Assembly (NCBI RefSeq): GCF_009834535.1
Contig: NC_045696.1
Coordinates: forward strand, 36,148,001-36,212,000
DNA: 64,000 nucleotides
DNA from: Camelus ferus
Lineage: Eukaryota
Reading direction: 5' to 3'
Position numbers and translations under genes: made by a program. The stretch's first letter is position 1. The number at the start of each line of letters is the position of its first letter. Under the pieces are notes generated by a model, which was given only the letters and a program-made list of their open reading frames with translations, was not told where the DNA came from and ran no database searches. Positions 14,882-28,494 of this stretch are shown in pieces.

Positions 14882-14946
<65 letters not shown>

Positions 14947-15012
14947 CACCACAACTTCTTTATCCAGTCATCTGTTGATTTAGGTTGTTTCCATGTCTTG
15001 GATATTATAACA
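14419..15012 (-). mobile_element. 5'-truncated L1 3' end
   Basis: L1 3'UTR and ORF2 end on minus strand; TSD ccatcacttct at 14408-14418 and 15016-15026. Confidence 0.9.
14884..14943. repeat. (GT)30 microsatellite inside L1
   Basis: Read directly from sequence; pure repeat. Confidence 0.95.
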
Positions 15013-16354
15013 CACCCATCACTTCTAATATTACATCCTTCTTCCTGATCAGCATCTATCAGGATTAATACTTACCTGAGCTATTCAACCCAGGTCAATT
15101 GATGGTTTAGTGTGAGCCAAGCCTAATGGGAATATATCATTTTGCTCAATGGTGAAAAACAAAATCTGGAGATAGCCTGTTCTGTTCATGCATTCCCTAC
15201 CCCATGCTTGAAGATGAAAGAACCCCACTTACTACTCCCGACCATTACACAACAGCCTTCTCACCTAACTCCCAGCACTACCAACAGTGTGCTACCAATG
15301 TTTCAACTGGATCCCAAGGTCCCAGAGTTTCTTCCCAGAGTTCAAGGATGAATGGGAGGAGGAGAGGAAGATGAGTAGGAGGATGACGTCCATAATCTCC
15401 AGCCTGAGATTTCTGATTGCAGCCAATCTAATCTTCACCTGAAGGGCAAACCATCCTAAGATGCTGAATGAGACTCATCTTGAATAGTTATGCTTGTCAA
15501 AATCAGGCACAGTTTGATCTTTTTATAGTGTATCAAATTATGCCACACCCATTAGGTACTATAACTTGTTTTCAGGTAACTTCACTCACCACCGCCAACC
15601 ACAAAAGTATGGATAGAGGCCATGAAAACATTTGTCTAGGCTCATCTGCATCATGAAGTATGAGTTTATGGCCATGGTCACCTCCTGCCTAAAATTAATC
15701 CATTTCAGTCTTTTCTTCTATGAAGTCTAAGAAATAAGAGTTATCAGAAAGTCATTTCCAAGTAAATTAACCTTAAAATGTGATAAATAATTGTCCTTAT
15801 CTATCTATCTATACATATCTGTATGTACATACACATGGATATATATCATGATGAATTATACTATTTCTATTTTAAAGATTGTAGCATAATCTATTATAAA
15901 TTCTATTATTTCTACATATATACTCTACCCCTGTAACTCCTCTATACAAAACTCGTTTTCATTATCAAAGCGACAGTTAATTGTCTCTTTTTTGCACGAT
16001 GACTCATTCCATGTTCTTAAAAGGATTTCCCATAACATTCTTATTAAAATTAACACCTTTTTTTCTCATGTCTCTTTTGAATCCACACTGATCCATCTCT
16101 AGCTTTCAATGCCTAACTCTCTTTTTAACTTTCTACTCCCTAAGTTCTCCTAAGCAGCCCACAATGTCACCCTTCCCAGTGTTCCTCCTTCCTCCCTGAG
16201 GCTTTCTATAGTGAATAGAAAGAAGCTGGCACCCCTTTCCCCCCAGCTACAACATAAAATCCCCATGATTTCCTTTCTGCTTTTTTTGCAGATTATGTAC
16301 TAACTCTAGTTTTTTGCACATATCAATTTAAAGTGCTTCTCTAATTTTGTTTTA

Positions 16355-16545
16355 AATAGAGCTAAGGCTTGCAAATTTTATGTGGGTCAACTTATTTAAT
16401 CTTCACAACCATTATGTGAAGTGAGTATATTCTTAGTCCCATTTTACAGGGGGAGAAACTGAGGAACACAGAGGCGAACTGCCAGATGACACACATTAAT
16501 AAGCATAACAGAGGCATTGTGTTGCTCTTAACCAATATACTAATC
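16355..16545 (-). mobile_element. MIR SINE
   Basis: ttatttaatcttcacaacc...cccattttacagggggagaaactgagg. Confidence 0.75.
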
Positions 16546-18452
16546 GACTCCTTTGTGTTCAGTATTTGTCCTTTATTTATATCTTTAAAGCCTGTGCATC
16601 TCTGTTGTTTGTTCTAGTACACTAAAGACTCTATTGTTATAAGGACAATGAAATTTAATTCAAACTACACTTGAATTTTTTTAACTTGTATTAATCTTTA
16701 GGAGCTGATGCATTCAGGGGACTGTAACTTGGACAGTACTGTACAAAAATGCTAATACATGAGGAAAACAAAGAAGAGATGAGAGAACTATGATGAAGCT
16801 GTATAAATAATATATTTGCTGAGATTTTTCTTTAGGAAATTCATGATCTCTTTTGAAAGTTGTCTACTGCCTCAAACCATTGCTGAAAGATTATATTAAT
16901 ATTCTAGTCCCTTCAAATGGATTACTTGCTTTGTCAGAGGGATTTGTGGGAGGCTTCTTGGGGACTGGACTAAAATATACCTCAAATGTTAAAACTGTGC
17001 TGCTGTTTATACTGTACTTTTATATACATGACTTCACTTACCTATATCAGCCATGACCTCTTTCCTTTTCCTGACATGGAGTAAGTAAAAGGGACACAAA
17101 TATGAGAGTGAATTTCTCAGGAAAACCTTTATTTTTATAAAGTGGAAACTAGTTCCTCATAATATACATACATCTCCCCTTTCCTAACAATGAAATAGCT
17201 ATCTTAACTAATAGGAAGGTTTAGGCTACCATTGTGGGAGCATCATTTTTTGTGTGTGTCAGTTTCTACTAAATAGTAATCAAGTCAAAGAAATGAGGAA
17301 AGTTTGAGAGCTAGTGTCCATTCCCACAAGGTGGTAAGAATGTGCAGATTTATCTAACCATGCTCTCATTTCTTATGAAAGATATGCGTGGGTGAATTAC
17401 CACAAATCAAAACCTAAAACTCTCTCTCTCTCTCTCTCTCACAGACACACAAGTAAATACTTTTAAAAATCATTTTATTAATGTATTAATGTATAGTCCT
17501 TTTCTTTTATAAACTTTTAAATTAAGTAACAGCTAATAGAAAATAGTAGTTGGTCTCTTAACTGGTATTATTTATTCCTATTTCAGAAGATATGCATCAG
17601 GTTTAACAAAACAATTGTAGCTAAACTGTGAAAGTGAAGTTACTTTGTATATATTGTACCCCTTGGGTTCCTATTATTTGGGGGGAAATTTTGTACTTTT
17701 TATATTGTTTTTATATTTCATACTTTTAAAGGCACTGTTCCACGGAGTTTACAACAAAAACAATACTTAAAAGATTTTTACTGGTCAGCAAATAACAACA
17801 AATGAAGTTAAGAGCCTCATTAAGGAAAAGATCACCAGAGCTATTCTTTGTTCTGCAACCAGTAATTTTACAATTAACAGGAAATAGGCCAGTTGTTTCT
17901 CCAGTATAGACTTTTTCATAGGAATTCCTGTGATGTGATTGCCAAGAATAGACTTCTACATTTGCTTAATGGTCATTGGAGAAATGATACATTATCAAAG
18001 TAAACCAATCAATTTCTTCAGAAGCTCTCTAACTTTAACATAATAAAAACAGAACAAAACACATAATAAAAGCTTCTAGAGTGCTTAAAGAATGTTTCAA
18101 AGTGCAAGTTTCACACCCCTAACATTAATAAGCACCAAGGGCATCTCTAAACTGAGAAATAGAGTCATTATTCTCTCTGAGCTTGAGACTAAACCACTAG
18201 ATAGGGTATGTACCAAGCTTCATGTCTGTGAGTTCTCCATTCACAGAAGGAAATTACTCAGCACATTTTTACCACCCAGCAACACAGACAGCCTGCAATT
18301 CTGTTTAAGACAAATCCATATTGTGGAATCAAACAATCACTGCTGTATTAAAATTCCTAAGTAACACAAAGATCGCGTTAATTCACAAAATCAATCAGAT
18401 TGATGTTTGAAGTCCACAAAGAAGTCACTGTAGCTGTTCTTCAATTAGTCCT

Positions 18453-18456
<4 letters not shown>

Positions 18457-18482
<26 letters not shown>
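18457..18482. repeat. poly(T) tract of about 26 nt
   Basis: Read directly from sequence. Confidence 0.9.
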
Positions 18483-18483
<1 letters not shown>

Positions 18484-19214
18484 CTTCCCTCCCAAAAATC
18501 AGACCCTGATACAGGCAAGTTGAATTAAAAACCTGTCATAGAGACATCTGTAAATGATATTGTAACCAATGGCCATGGCCAGATCCCAAATTTAATAATG
18601 TGTAAAATGATAAATAAAACAGGAAAAGTCCCAGACTCAACTAACATGGTGAACATTAACCAGATTCAATGGGTATTAAATTTAGAAAATCTCAACATTT
18701 AGCAGGCATTTAAAGCAAATGCAGTATTTTTCTTTGCATCACACACAACACTAGTCATGAATGAGAGCACGCAACAACCAATTTAAAACCCTTCTGAAAC
18801 TATGGGCGTATTTTTCTCCACACAGATACATCATTGATGATACTACACGGCTCCATTAATGAAGAGGCTAGGCCAATGCCAGGCAAATAACACAAGTACA
18901 GAGGACAGTTCCATGTCACTCACTGGAACCTGCTCATTTTGTTCTTCTGGGCTTAACAGAAAAAACTTTTCATGTCATTCAGATTGTTTTTTCTAGTCTG
19001 AGATATTTTCCAGGAGTCTATTTTTGCTCCTATGCTTGAGGACTGGTGGCTTACATTCTGGCCTTTAGTTAGAAATGTCTTTTAATGCCTGCATAGATCA
19101 CTGAGGCAAATGATCAAGGATGCCAAATGCCAGCAGTCCTCAAGTGGTGAGTGAGCTGCAGGAAAAACACGTATTCAGCGCCATGCACTAATATTTACAA
19201 GGTAATAATAAACA

Positions 19215-19375
19215 GCAAAAGCTCTGGAGCCAGAGTGTCTGAGTTCAAGTTCCTGCCCTGCAACGTTCCGTGCGTTTGGTCAAGTTACTCTACCTATCTT
19301 CACTTCAGTTGCCTCAACTGCAAAAAGAAGATAATTATAAGGTTGTTGTGAGAATTAAATGAGTTAGTATGTATA
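19215..19375 (+). mobile_element. MIR SINE
   Basis: gctctggagccagagtgtctgagttcaagttcc...ggttgttgtgagaattaaatgagtta. Confidence 0.75.
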
Positions 19376-19504
19376 TGTCAAACTTTTAAAGATATATAAT
19401 AGTTATATTGTTACATCTCATAACTTACAGTGACTCAGGGGATGTTTTGATAGTATAATTATTTTCTCTATTCCCAGCCGAAAATGTAGCTTCTTTACCT
19501 ATGC

Positions 19505-19650
19505 CACTGGTTTTTAAACTTGACAGCACGTTGAAATCACCCAGACAATGTTTAGAAATACTCATAACTGGTATAGGCTACAGACTAGGCATTAGAATTT
19601 TTAAAACTTCCTGAGCAATTCTAGTGCACAGACAAGTTTAAGAACCACTG
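19505..19650. mobile_element. MER5A-type hAT-Charlie MITE
   Basis: Terminal inverted repeats cactggtttttaaactt ... aagtttaagaaccactg. Confidence 0.75.
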
Positions 19651-19769
19651 ATCTGTGCTACTTCTTACCTGGATGAGACACCTCTAAAAATAGAGTGACG
19701 TTGGAGGTAGATAATGCTAATTCCTAAATTTCCCTGTGGCCTATGGCATTTGTTCTTCATCTTTTGCAT

Positions 19770-19915
19770 ACTTAGGGATTATTGGGAGGTCTTGTTAAAA
19801 TAAAGATTGCTAACCACACCACGGAGTTTCTGGATCTCTGAGGTCTGGGATGAGGTCCAAGGGTTTGCATGTCTAACAAGTTCCCACGGAGGGCTCACGT
19901 TGCTGGTCCAGTGAT
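19770..19915. mobile_element. MER5A-type fragment
   Basis: ggtcttgttaaaataaagattgct...ggtctgggatgagg...tttgcatgtctaacaagttccc. Confidence 0.6.
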
Positions 19916-19970
19916 CAGGAGCGGCCGCAGATGAGCCGAGTAAGGACCATGCTGTTCACATCTTACATAT

Positions 19971-20402
19971 GGTATAGTCAGAGTTCTCCAGGAAAACAAA
20001 ACCAAAAAGATGTGCATGCGTGTGGAGAGAGAGGGAGAGAGAGAAAGAGAGAGACATAGATTTGAAGGAACTGGTTCACACTATTGGGGAGGCTTGGTGA
20101 GTACAAAATCTGCAGGGTAGGCCAGCAGGCAGAAGATCCAGGGAAGTGTTGCAATTTGAGTCCAGAGACAGTCTGCTGGCAGAATTCTTTCTTGCTTGGT
20201 GGAGGTCAGTCTTGTTCTATACTAGCCAACTTTCAACTTTCAACTGATTGGATGAGACCCACCCACATTATGGAGGGTAATCGGTTTACTCAACGTCCAC
20301 CAACTGAAATGTTAAATTTCCCCAAAACACCTTTATAGAATGTCTGACTAAATAGCTGGACACCATGACCCAGACAAGTTGACACACAAAATTAACCAGA
20401 CA
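19971..20402 (-). mobile_element. MLT2-type (ERVL) solo LTR
   Basis: Minus strand begins tgtctggttaattttgtgtgtcaacttg and ends tggagaactctgactata; internal (GA)n. Confidence 0.8.
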
Positions 20403-21124
20403 TGTTCTCATCAGTACACAAGTGCTGAATCCAATATGAAAAAGAAATAACTTTCTTCTCTAAGTCTCTTTATTATTGGAAATTACCTTGGAAAAAGTTG
20501 AGATTAATCAAATGGTGATAGAAACAATAAGAAAAGTTGAATGATCCAAAGTGGTTGTGTTTGGCTATAAGCAGTGACAAAGGTCTCAGAAAACTTAGTG
20601 ACCCAACAGGAACAGCTTTCTAAATACACTTTTGAGAAGTTTATGAAAAATGGACACAGGATTCACTCCAGGCACAATTACAACGCTTACTCTTCTCCTT
20701 CCCAGCAACTCCTCCACCTTAGTGACAGGGCTCCAGAATGGTTACAAGCCCTCTCGGTTGTCCTATTCTCTCCATCAAAATATATTTGTCCTGTGTTCTA
20801 AAGGTTCTTAATCTCAGCTGTAACTATAATAACAAATCAAACTATAGTGTTAATATGTCATGAAGTGCAGAGATAATTTGCTGATATTGACTGATTTTTA
20901 TGTGGCTTAATAAACCAAACTCCTGCCAACGTTATTTTTCCAAAGCAAAGAGACAGCAGAACTAAGCACGAGAAGAAACTTATTTTTCACTCTGGAGTCT
21001 ACTGTAAGATTAGAATTAGTAGGAGAGTTTTTTCAAAACATATGATGTGTCACTATGCACACAGGATACAGTAATATGCCCAGTGATGGGACTGTTCCAG
21101 ATAATTCAAATAAACCCCTGCCAT

Positions 21125-21300
21125 CAGGGGTTCTCAATCCTAATTGTGTATTAAATCACCTGGTGAGATTTTATTATATACAGATGCCAGGGCTCCTCCC
21201 TAATCCAATTACGAAAGAACATCTATGTTGGCTGAGGAATCAGTGTGGTTTAACAGCTCCCCAGGTGATTCTAATATGCAACCAAAGTTGAGAACCACTG
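21125..21300. mobile_element. MER5A-type MITE
   Basis: caggggttctcaatc ... ccccaggtgattctaatatgcaaccaaagttgagaaccactg. Confidence 0.8.
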
Positions 21301-23184
21301 CCTTATATTAAGAAGAAATTGCAAACCATGAAGTCACAGAGTTTGTAAGGAAAACTACACTATTTATAATAAAATATATAAAACCTTATGGTATCAGTTT
21401 TACTATGTATAGTTACCAACTTTATATTTACAGTCAACTGAAGTTAGAAACAGCCTAGTATGGGAGAAAATTTTGGGGAAAAACAAATACAGATCTTCAG
21501 CACCTTCTAATTTATTCTCTTAGCTTTATAATTTTCATTCACTGAAAAATTCTTACTCACTGAAAAATACCACTGTGAGTACACCAGGCTCTTATTCATA
21601 ACAATAATTTTTCAAATAAAATAATGATTAAAAATAGAGGGTTTTTTTCCCCCTTAGTGGGCTTTTTGTTTGCCAGTCTTGAAAGCAAACAAGTTTGAAA
21701 GTCAAATGCCCTGCAACTATTCTGAAGTGTTCCTGTAATATTTGATCAAGTAGAGGAGAGGCACTGTCCTAAGTCAAGTGAGGAATCTCCACGGTTCTAG
21801 CCCAGACAGGTCAATAAGTATTACTGATTGGCAGGTAGAGGATGAATTGTTTTAACCTGTTATTTTAATTTCCAAAGTGTTTTAAATATATACCATTTAA
21901 TATCTATATTTAAATAAGATATATATTTAAATACTTTGATTTTAGAAAAGAAAAGTAAATCTTCAGAAATCTTTTATACTACAAAAGCTTTTGTCAATCT
22001 CAAAGAGGTAACTTGGGGAAAGATCAAAGAATTAATGCATACAAAGAATAAGAAATATCAGGGGACTGTTATTTCCAAAATATTTCAGATTTTAGTTTTA
22101 AGAATATTTTAGGTATCTGGGGGGAAAAACATTAAACTATTATGTATACTTATTCAAAAGAGGCAATCTATAAATAAAATAATGCAAATGTGAAATTGTG
22201 AGTGAAGTAGGCATGTATCTTCATGGTTGGATTACAAAGGTAATTGCTGTAATGCCATACTTCCCCACAAAATCCCAACGATTATGACTAAAATGACAAT
22301 GTTATTAAGTATAGTTTTAAGCACTGATTACTTGCAGTAAATACTCCTGAGAAAACTGGCAATCCCAGTGAATCAAAGTCAGTTTAACAGACTATGAACT
22401 GAAAGTAGGTGGTGTGACGAGCAAGATTAGGGGCTTCCAGACAGCATCAAAGTCCACCTTTGTCTACTTTTCAGAAATTGAAATAATGAGATTAATTTAC
22501 ATCTTCTCAAGATCAGTCTCTTCAACTAAAGTAATACTGTAGAGCTATGGAAAGTTGGAACCACTGACAATTAGGTATATTTGAACATGATTTTTATAGC
22601 TGAGAAATTTGAAAATCTAATTTATTTTCACAAACTTTAAATGTAGAAATAGAAATAGAAAATGTTTACCAAGAGCAGTGTACTAAATAGAAGTTGAGGG
22701 AAGACACTGGGGTAGCTTGTTAACAGCAAAAAGGAAATTTTCAAAGACTTTACCAGAATGCCAGGGGCTAGTCTACAATAAATATGAGTATCAAATTTAA
22801 ATTATTTCAATTACTTTACGATGATACATTTTATTAATATGAAATTCCCAAGTGGGTAACGCTGGTGATATTTTTAATGGTGCATTTTGTTGTATTCATT
22901 TTAATTTATTTAGCTTTTTAGTATTGTTTCATCTTATTTGCAATTATGCCATAACTAAAATAATTGCAACCATATTTGCAAATAAAGAAAGATGGAATGA
23001 GATTGTTAACAATATTGATATTAATAAATTTTGCATAATGTTAATAATTGTGACATTTATTTATATAATTTTATTATTATGTTAATTTAAGTATTAAAAT
23101 CATTATTAATAATCATATTATGATATTAATGATACTGTGCATAATTAAAATGCAAATATTAAATATTTTAAATGCATACAATTA

Positions 23185-23424
23185 GGGGGCCGGGGGGTGG
23201 GAAGGGACAGACTGGGATTTCAAAATGTAGAATAGATAAACAAGATTATACTGTATAGCACAGGGAAATATATACAAGATCTATGGTAGCTCACAGAGAA
23301 AAAAATATGACAATGAATATATATATATTCATGTACAACTGAAAAATTGTGCTCTACACTGGATTTTGACACAACATTGTAAAATGATTATAACTCAATA
23401 AAAAAGTTAAAAAATAAAATAAAA
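23185..23424 (+). mobile_element. Short young L1 3'UTR insertion
   Basis: Near-identical to 3'UTR of L1 at 49928-50940; TSD taaatgcataca at 23169-23180 and 23425-23436. Confidence 0.9.
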
Positions 23425-23483
23425 TAAATGCATACACTTAAAGCATTGTACCATATTATATGGATGTTATTTGTATAAGTCAG

Positions 23484-24145
23484 GTTTTTTTTTAATTCTT
23501 GTTTTTTATTAAAGTGTAGTCGATTTACAATGATAGTTTCAGGTGTACAGCAAAGCAATTCAGTTATATATATACATACATAATTTTTTCTTCAGATTCT
23601 TTTCTATTATAGCTCATTACAAGAACTTGAATGTATTTCCCTGTGCTATACAGGAGGTCCTTATTGTTTATCTATTTTATATACAGTAATGTGTATCTAT
23701 TAATCCCAAACTCCTAATCTATCCCTTCCCTCTCTGTCCCCCATGATAACCAGTTTATTTTCTGTATCCTTGAGTCTATTTCTGGTTTGTAAATAAAATT
23801 TGTATCTTTTCTTTGTTTTTAGATTCCACATATAAGCAACATCACATGGTATTTGTCTTTGTCTGACTTACTTCACTTAATATGATAACCTCTAGATCTA
23901 TCCATATTGCTGCAAATGGCATTATTTCATTATTTTTATGGTTGAGTAGTATTCCATATATATATACATATACACATATCACATCTTCTTTATCCAGTCA
24001 TCTGTCAATGGACATATAGGTTGTTTCCATGTCTTGGCTATTGTAATAGTGCTACTGTGAACATCAGGGTGCATGTGTCTTTTCAAATTATAGTTTTATC
24101 CAGATATATGCCCAGGAGTGGGATTGCTGGATCATATGGTAAGTT
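23484..24145 (-). mobile_element. L1 3' end (ORF2 C-terminus and 3'UTR)
   Basis: Peptide [13 protein letters not shown] on minus strand; T-rich tail at left end. Confidence 0.9.
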
Positions 24146-27100
24146 TATGGTAAGACACTGACCACTCTCCTCTGCTTCAAGGAGGACCTCCAAGAAAAAG
24201 TTCAACAAGTATGGCTGTAGTTCCTCCTCTTGCTCATTGAACTGTCGACTACATCTCTCAGCCACAAGCGGGAAACAGACTTTAAAAGCTACGAATCATC
24301 TTACATATCCATTGTCTCCACTTTTATAACTCTTAACACTCCCACAAGGATAGTGCAGCTCCTAAAAATCTTCCTCTCTGATACCCTCAACTCCCAACCA
24401 AGCACCCTACTCAGCTCCACCATCCTGTGAGGGTTTTTGCCTTTCCTTCCTCTCTCAGTTTCCCACTATCACTATTCTTTCTTCTCTTCTCAAAGTAAAT
24501 ACTCCACCCTCTCTTTTTGAGTTTTTGCTTTTTGTTCTGTTTTATTTCAGTGGCCCAAAGCAGCATCAGAGTAACAGAAGGACTGAAAGAGTTCTCCTTG
24601 GAGGTCTGGGGCAAGGAGGAAAGAAGGGACAAAAGGGGAAGGGTAAGCATTCACACATAAACATTTTTTTTGTTCCCATCACATGTGAACACTTAGTTTC
24701 CAAATAATTTACTGTTATTATCTTTTATTTTACTCTCAAACTCCAGGCTCTTCAGAAGACAGCTAGAATTCTCAGGATGTCTACAGATCATTCTCTTTTA
24801 GGACCCCCTGGGCTTTTGGAATCAGTGGGAAACCGAATAAAAATCTCCATAGTGAAATGCAACCACAGAGACCTCAAGAGTCCTCTAATCTTGGAGATGC
24901 CAAACGTCTTCAATGCTTCCCTGGCACCTGAGATGAACAGTGGGGCACACTGCAGGCCCAGGTGCTGACCGTCTGTGGCTCTGTGTTTCCACTCACCAGG
25001 AGGCAAGTGTGGGACTTCTGTCTGCCCCAAGAACTAGTGAGCTAACATTTCCACGTTGCCTCTTTTTCTCACAGACTCTGTTTTTGTCCTATTTTGCATT
25101 TAATGAGTAAGGAGAAGTCTGACTTAATGATTAATCAAATTTTATTTACTTTTTTAAGTGTTAGAGTACTACCAAGAAAGAAAAGCCCTGTAAAAATATA
25201 GAATATACTCCTTTTTTCCATAAAATGTGCAAGGAATTTTAGGTTATTGGTAGTAAACATCTAGCGAAGCAGAGATTTTTTAATATCGATATCTAGTTTC
25301 AATTACATAAAGTACAAAAATAAAAAAAATCCTTTGGCACATACTGGTACCTTGATAAATATTCATAAACTAACCGTTCTCCTTCAAGAGACTAAGTTAT
25401 TGATAGTGGTTGCAGATAATAGTCTCTTTGCTAGAAAATTAAAACATTACTTTTTTCTGGAAAAACAAAAAAAATTTAAGTAGATTTGCTCTTAAGGAGT
25501 CTCATTTCAGGTAGTTTATTTGAATCATGTTCTCTATGGTAACTGTACACATCTTAGTAGTTAGCATAAATGTATCAGGGAGCGCCACATTCTTAATTTT
25601 CATTACAGAACAAATCACAGTGTATAAGTTTGGAGGGGTTGTAACTGTGGTAGCGAATGTACTTCCTACTCAACTGGTCCAGCTCCAATTCAATTATGTG
25701 ATATGTAACTACCCATTATACCTACTTAACTGTTTATTCAGCTGAGTACAGAGGCATCAACCTAAGTAGCACCAAGTGGTTTCAGATTTTACTTAAGTGC
25801 AAGATTGCTTTATAGACATTTTAGAGTTATAATTGCATAGTAGATAACAATTACATGAAATAAATGAAAATCATCCAGAATGAATGAATTCTTATTTAAA
25901 GTGTAAAATAAATGCTTTACTGGGATGAAAGAAAATCTGAGTTTTTCTTAATTTTTGATAGCTCTTCTGTGGATGCATATGTTTAATAGCATTATAAAAT
26001 ATCACTTCTAAGACACCATTATATTTGCAGACAGCATATTCTCAGGTCACAAAGTTATGATTCGTATATATCACGTCACTTACCATGCTGGCAAGTGTTG
26101 CCAGTCTGAAATATAAAACAGAGAGGATAATAAAACTTTAACAAGCAGCAATAAAACTAATGAAATATAATCTCAAATATATTGCTCTAATTCATCCAGA
26201 GAGGAAACACAATCACCCAATCCTGAGGATGAGGAAATGAAGCCAGCTCCATAAAAACACATATTCATCATAGTAGCATGGGTCATTTTAGAATTAGAAC
26301 TAAAGAGAATTCAAGCTGGTTACAGTAGTGTAATTATCATGGCCAAATAGATGAGGATGACAGTATGAAGCAACAGTTCACAAATGCTTATTTTGGCTCC
26401 ATATTTAAAGCTATGGAAATGAAAATATTGATGTTATTTTTAATAGGGATAATCTTTTATGCTGAGGACACAGAAATTTCATGATAGTTAGATTGAGCAG
26501 CATTTAATAAGTTAGTTATGACTTCCAAGATCAATATGTAAGTGGGTCATAAGTTTATTTACATATGGTTTGTGTGTGCCTATAATAACCATGCAATCTA
26601 GTTCAAAATAACTTCAGGTTGATGTTTATTACTGTGTCCCTTGAGGTTGTAATTTGACAATTGTGCGTTTCCCCCTCTTTATTTCTTGTCATTCTCAGCT
26701 GCCTTTGAGAACCTAGAATTCCAAATTTAAGAGTAAGGGAGGAGAAAGGAAGGGAGAGGTAAGAGGAAAGGTACAATTTGTTACATGAGTCCTTTCTCTG
26801 TAGCTGTGATGTTCTGCACACAAAAGTGATTTAAGTCAGACAGCTAAACAACAGACAACGGACTTACCCAAAGACAAAATAAGATAGACAAAGCTTTCTT
26901 TTTCTTTCAGTAGACAACCTCTGTGATTGTGCATATGGTATAGTTTACTCATCCAAATAAATTAGTAAAGAGAAACAGGTGGATAGTTGCTCATTCTCAG
27001 AAGTATCCACAAGACAACCAGGAGTTCTGTGCTTAGTTCCCACTGAGGAAGAGTTTGGTAAAAATTAGAGGAATTCGTATCAGTGATTGACTTCTATGAT

Positions 27101-28494
27101 CCAAGGAGGCTAAAGAAATATATAATGTCAAGTGGGGTCAAGCAATGAATAAGACTAGATACGGGGTTCTGTTCAGGTATATTTAAGATGAGCAGAAGTA
27201 AAGAGCAAGATGGTGTACAGAGATTACATAGAAGTTTGGAACTTTTGTTAATCGAAGAGAAACGTAAAAGGACTAGCAGAAGTATTTCCCTAATAGAATG
27301 AACTCGCAAACAGATCATCTACCACAGGCTGAATTGACTGAAGCATTTTAAACAACTCAAACTAATAAGGTGCTTGAATTACAACAATGGAAAAAATAAG
27401 GTGTCACATTAAAAAAAAATGTATGAACGTAGGAGTGAATTTTTCTAAGTCTAGGTTTTTTCAGAGTAGAAAATAAAATATAAGGTTTGACTTTAATATA
27501 AATAATCAAATTCATTGTACTTACTTTCTGTTGTCTTGTTAATCTTTTAAAAATATACCCCTACCCACTGGTTTTATTTGTTTGGTTAATAGGAGTACTA
27601 ATGTTGGCCTCAAAGTTGTCCCCTTCTAAAAGACTCTCACTGTTTCTAAACTGGCCTGAAATGTTAATATCTAGGTAATGTATTTTCCATCTTTAAAGTG
27701 ATAATTATTACTTACCTCTGAGGGGTGACCCGAGAATACAAGAGAAAAAAAAAAAAACGCTTTATAATAATGAAATAGTGAGGTTTGCAAGAGTTCTAGA
27801 TTGACAAAGGGTTAGCACCACTATTTTGGTACTCAGTATAAATGGCTGATAATTCTTTTCACTAAAAGTAGAGCCAAAACAACGTCTGTATCGCCTTCCT
27901 GCTTTCCCCGATCACTAGTAATTCTCTCAGTCTATGATGTAAGAGGGGGAAACCTCAATATAAAGAGTATATACTGATAATATCTTTAATATGAAGAATG
28001 TTCTGTGAAATAGGAGAACCAAATTAATTCATGTTAATGTTTTAATAGGAATTTGGGTTCTTAGATTATAAAGTTTGAAAGTTTGAAAATGATTTTCTTT
28101 TTTTTTGGAGCTTACTTTCGTTATAAGGCATTCATGTAGCGCCATCGTGTGGTAACCTAAGCACATATCAGTTTGTTTAAAATAGTGTGAAAAGTCCCTA
28201 AAAACAAAGGTGTTATTTGTTTTGGTTTACGCTGATAAACTTTATCTTCTCAAAAAGAGTCTAGAAAGAGTAACCTGTAATAACTTCATACCCTGGATCT
28301 AAGCCCAAGCACTTACTTACCAGCGAGCTTGGTATAGTGTGTGTTTGAAGTCAGAATGAAGAAGACATTAGCTGAGAGGATCGGAGGGAGCAAATAACAT
28401 TTCCCATTGTTTAATATGTTGGGTATCATATGTTAAGGCAACAGACATGCATCTGTGAAGCTGACCAAAACTTCCTCATTAATGTTACCACATA

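Noticed and set aside
15068..15078. ATACTTACCTG (U1 snRNA 5' end, or perfect minus-strand donor)
   Set aside because: No further U1 similarity and no convincing paired acceptor; an 11-mer is compatible with chance
19915..19945. GCGGCCGC (NotI) CpG spot suggesting vector or adapter sequence
   Set aside because: Only about 25 bp at the end of a MER5A fragment, with no other polylinker sites
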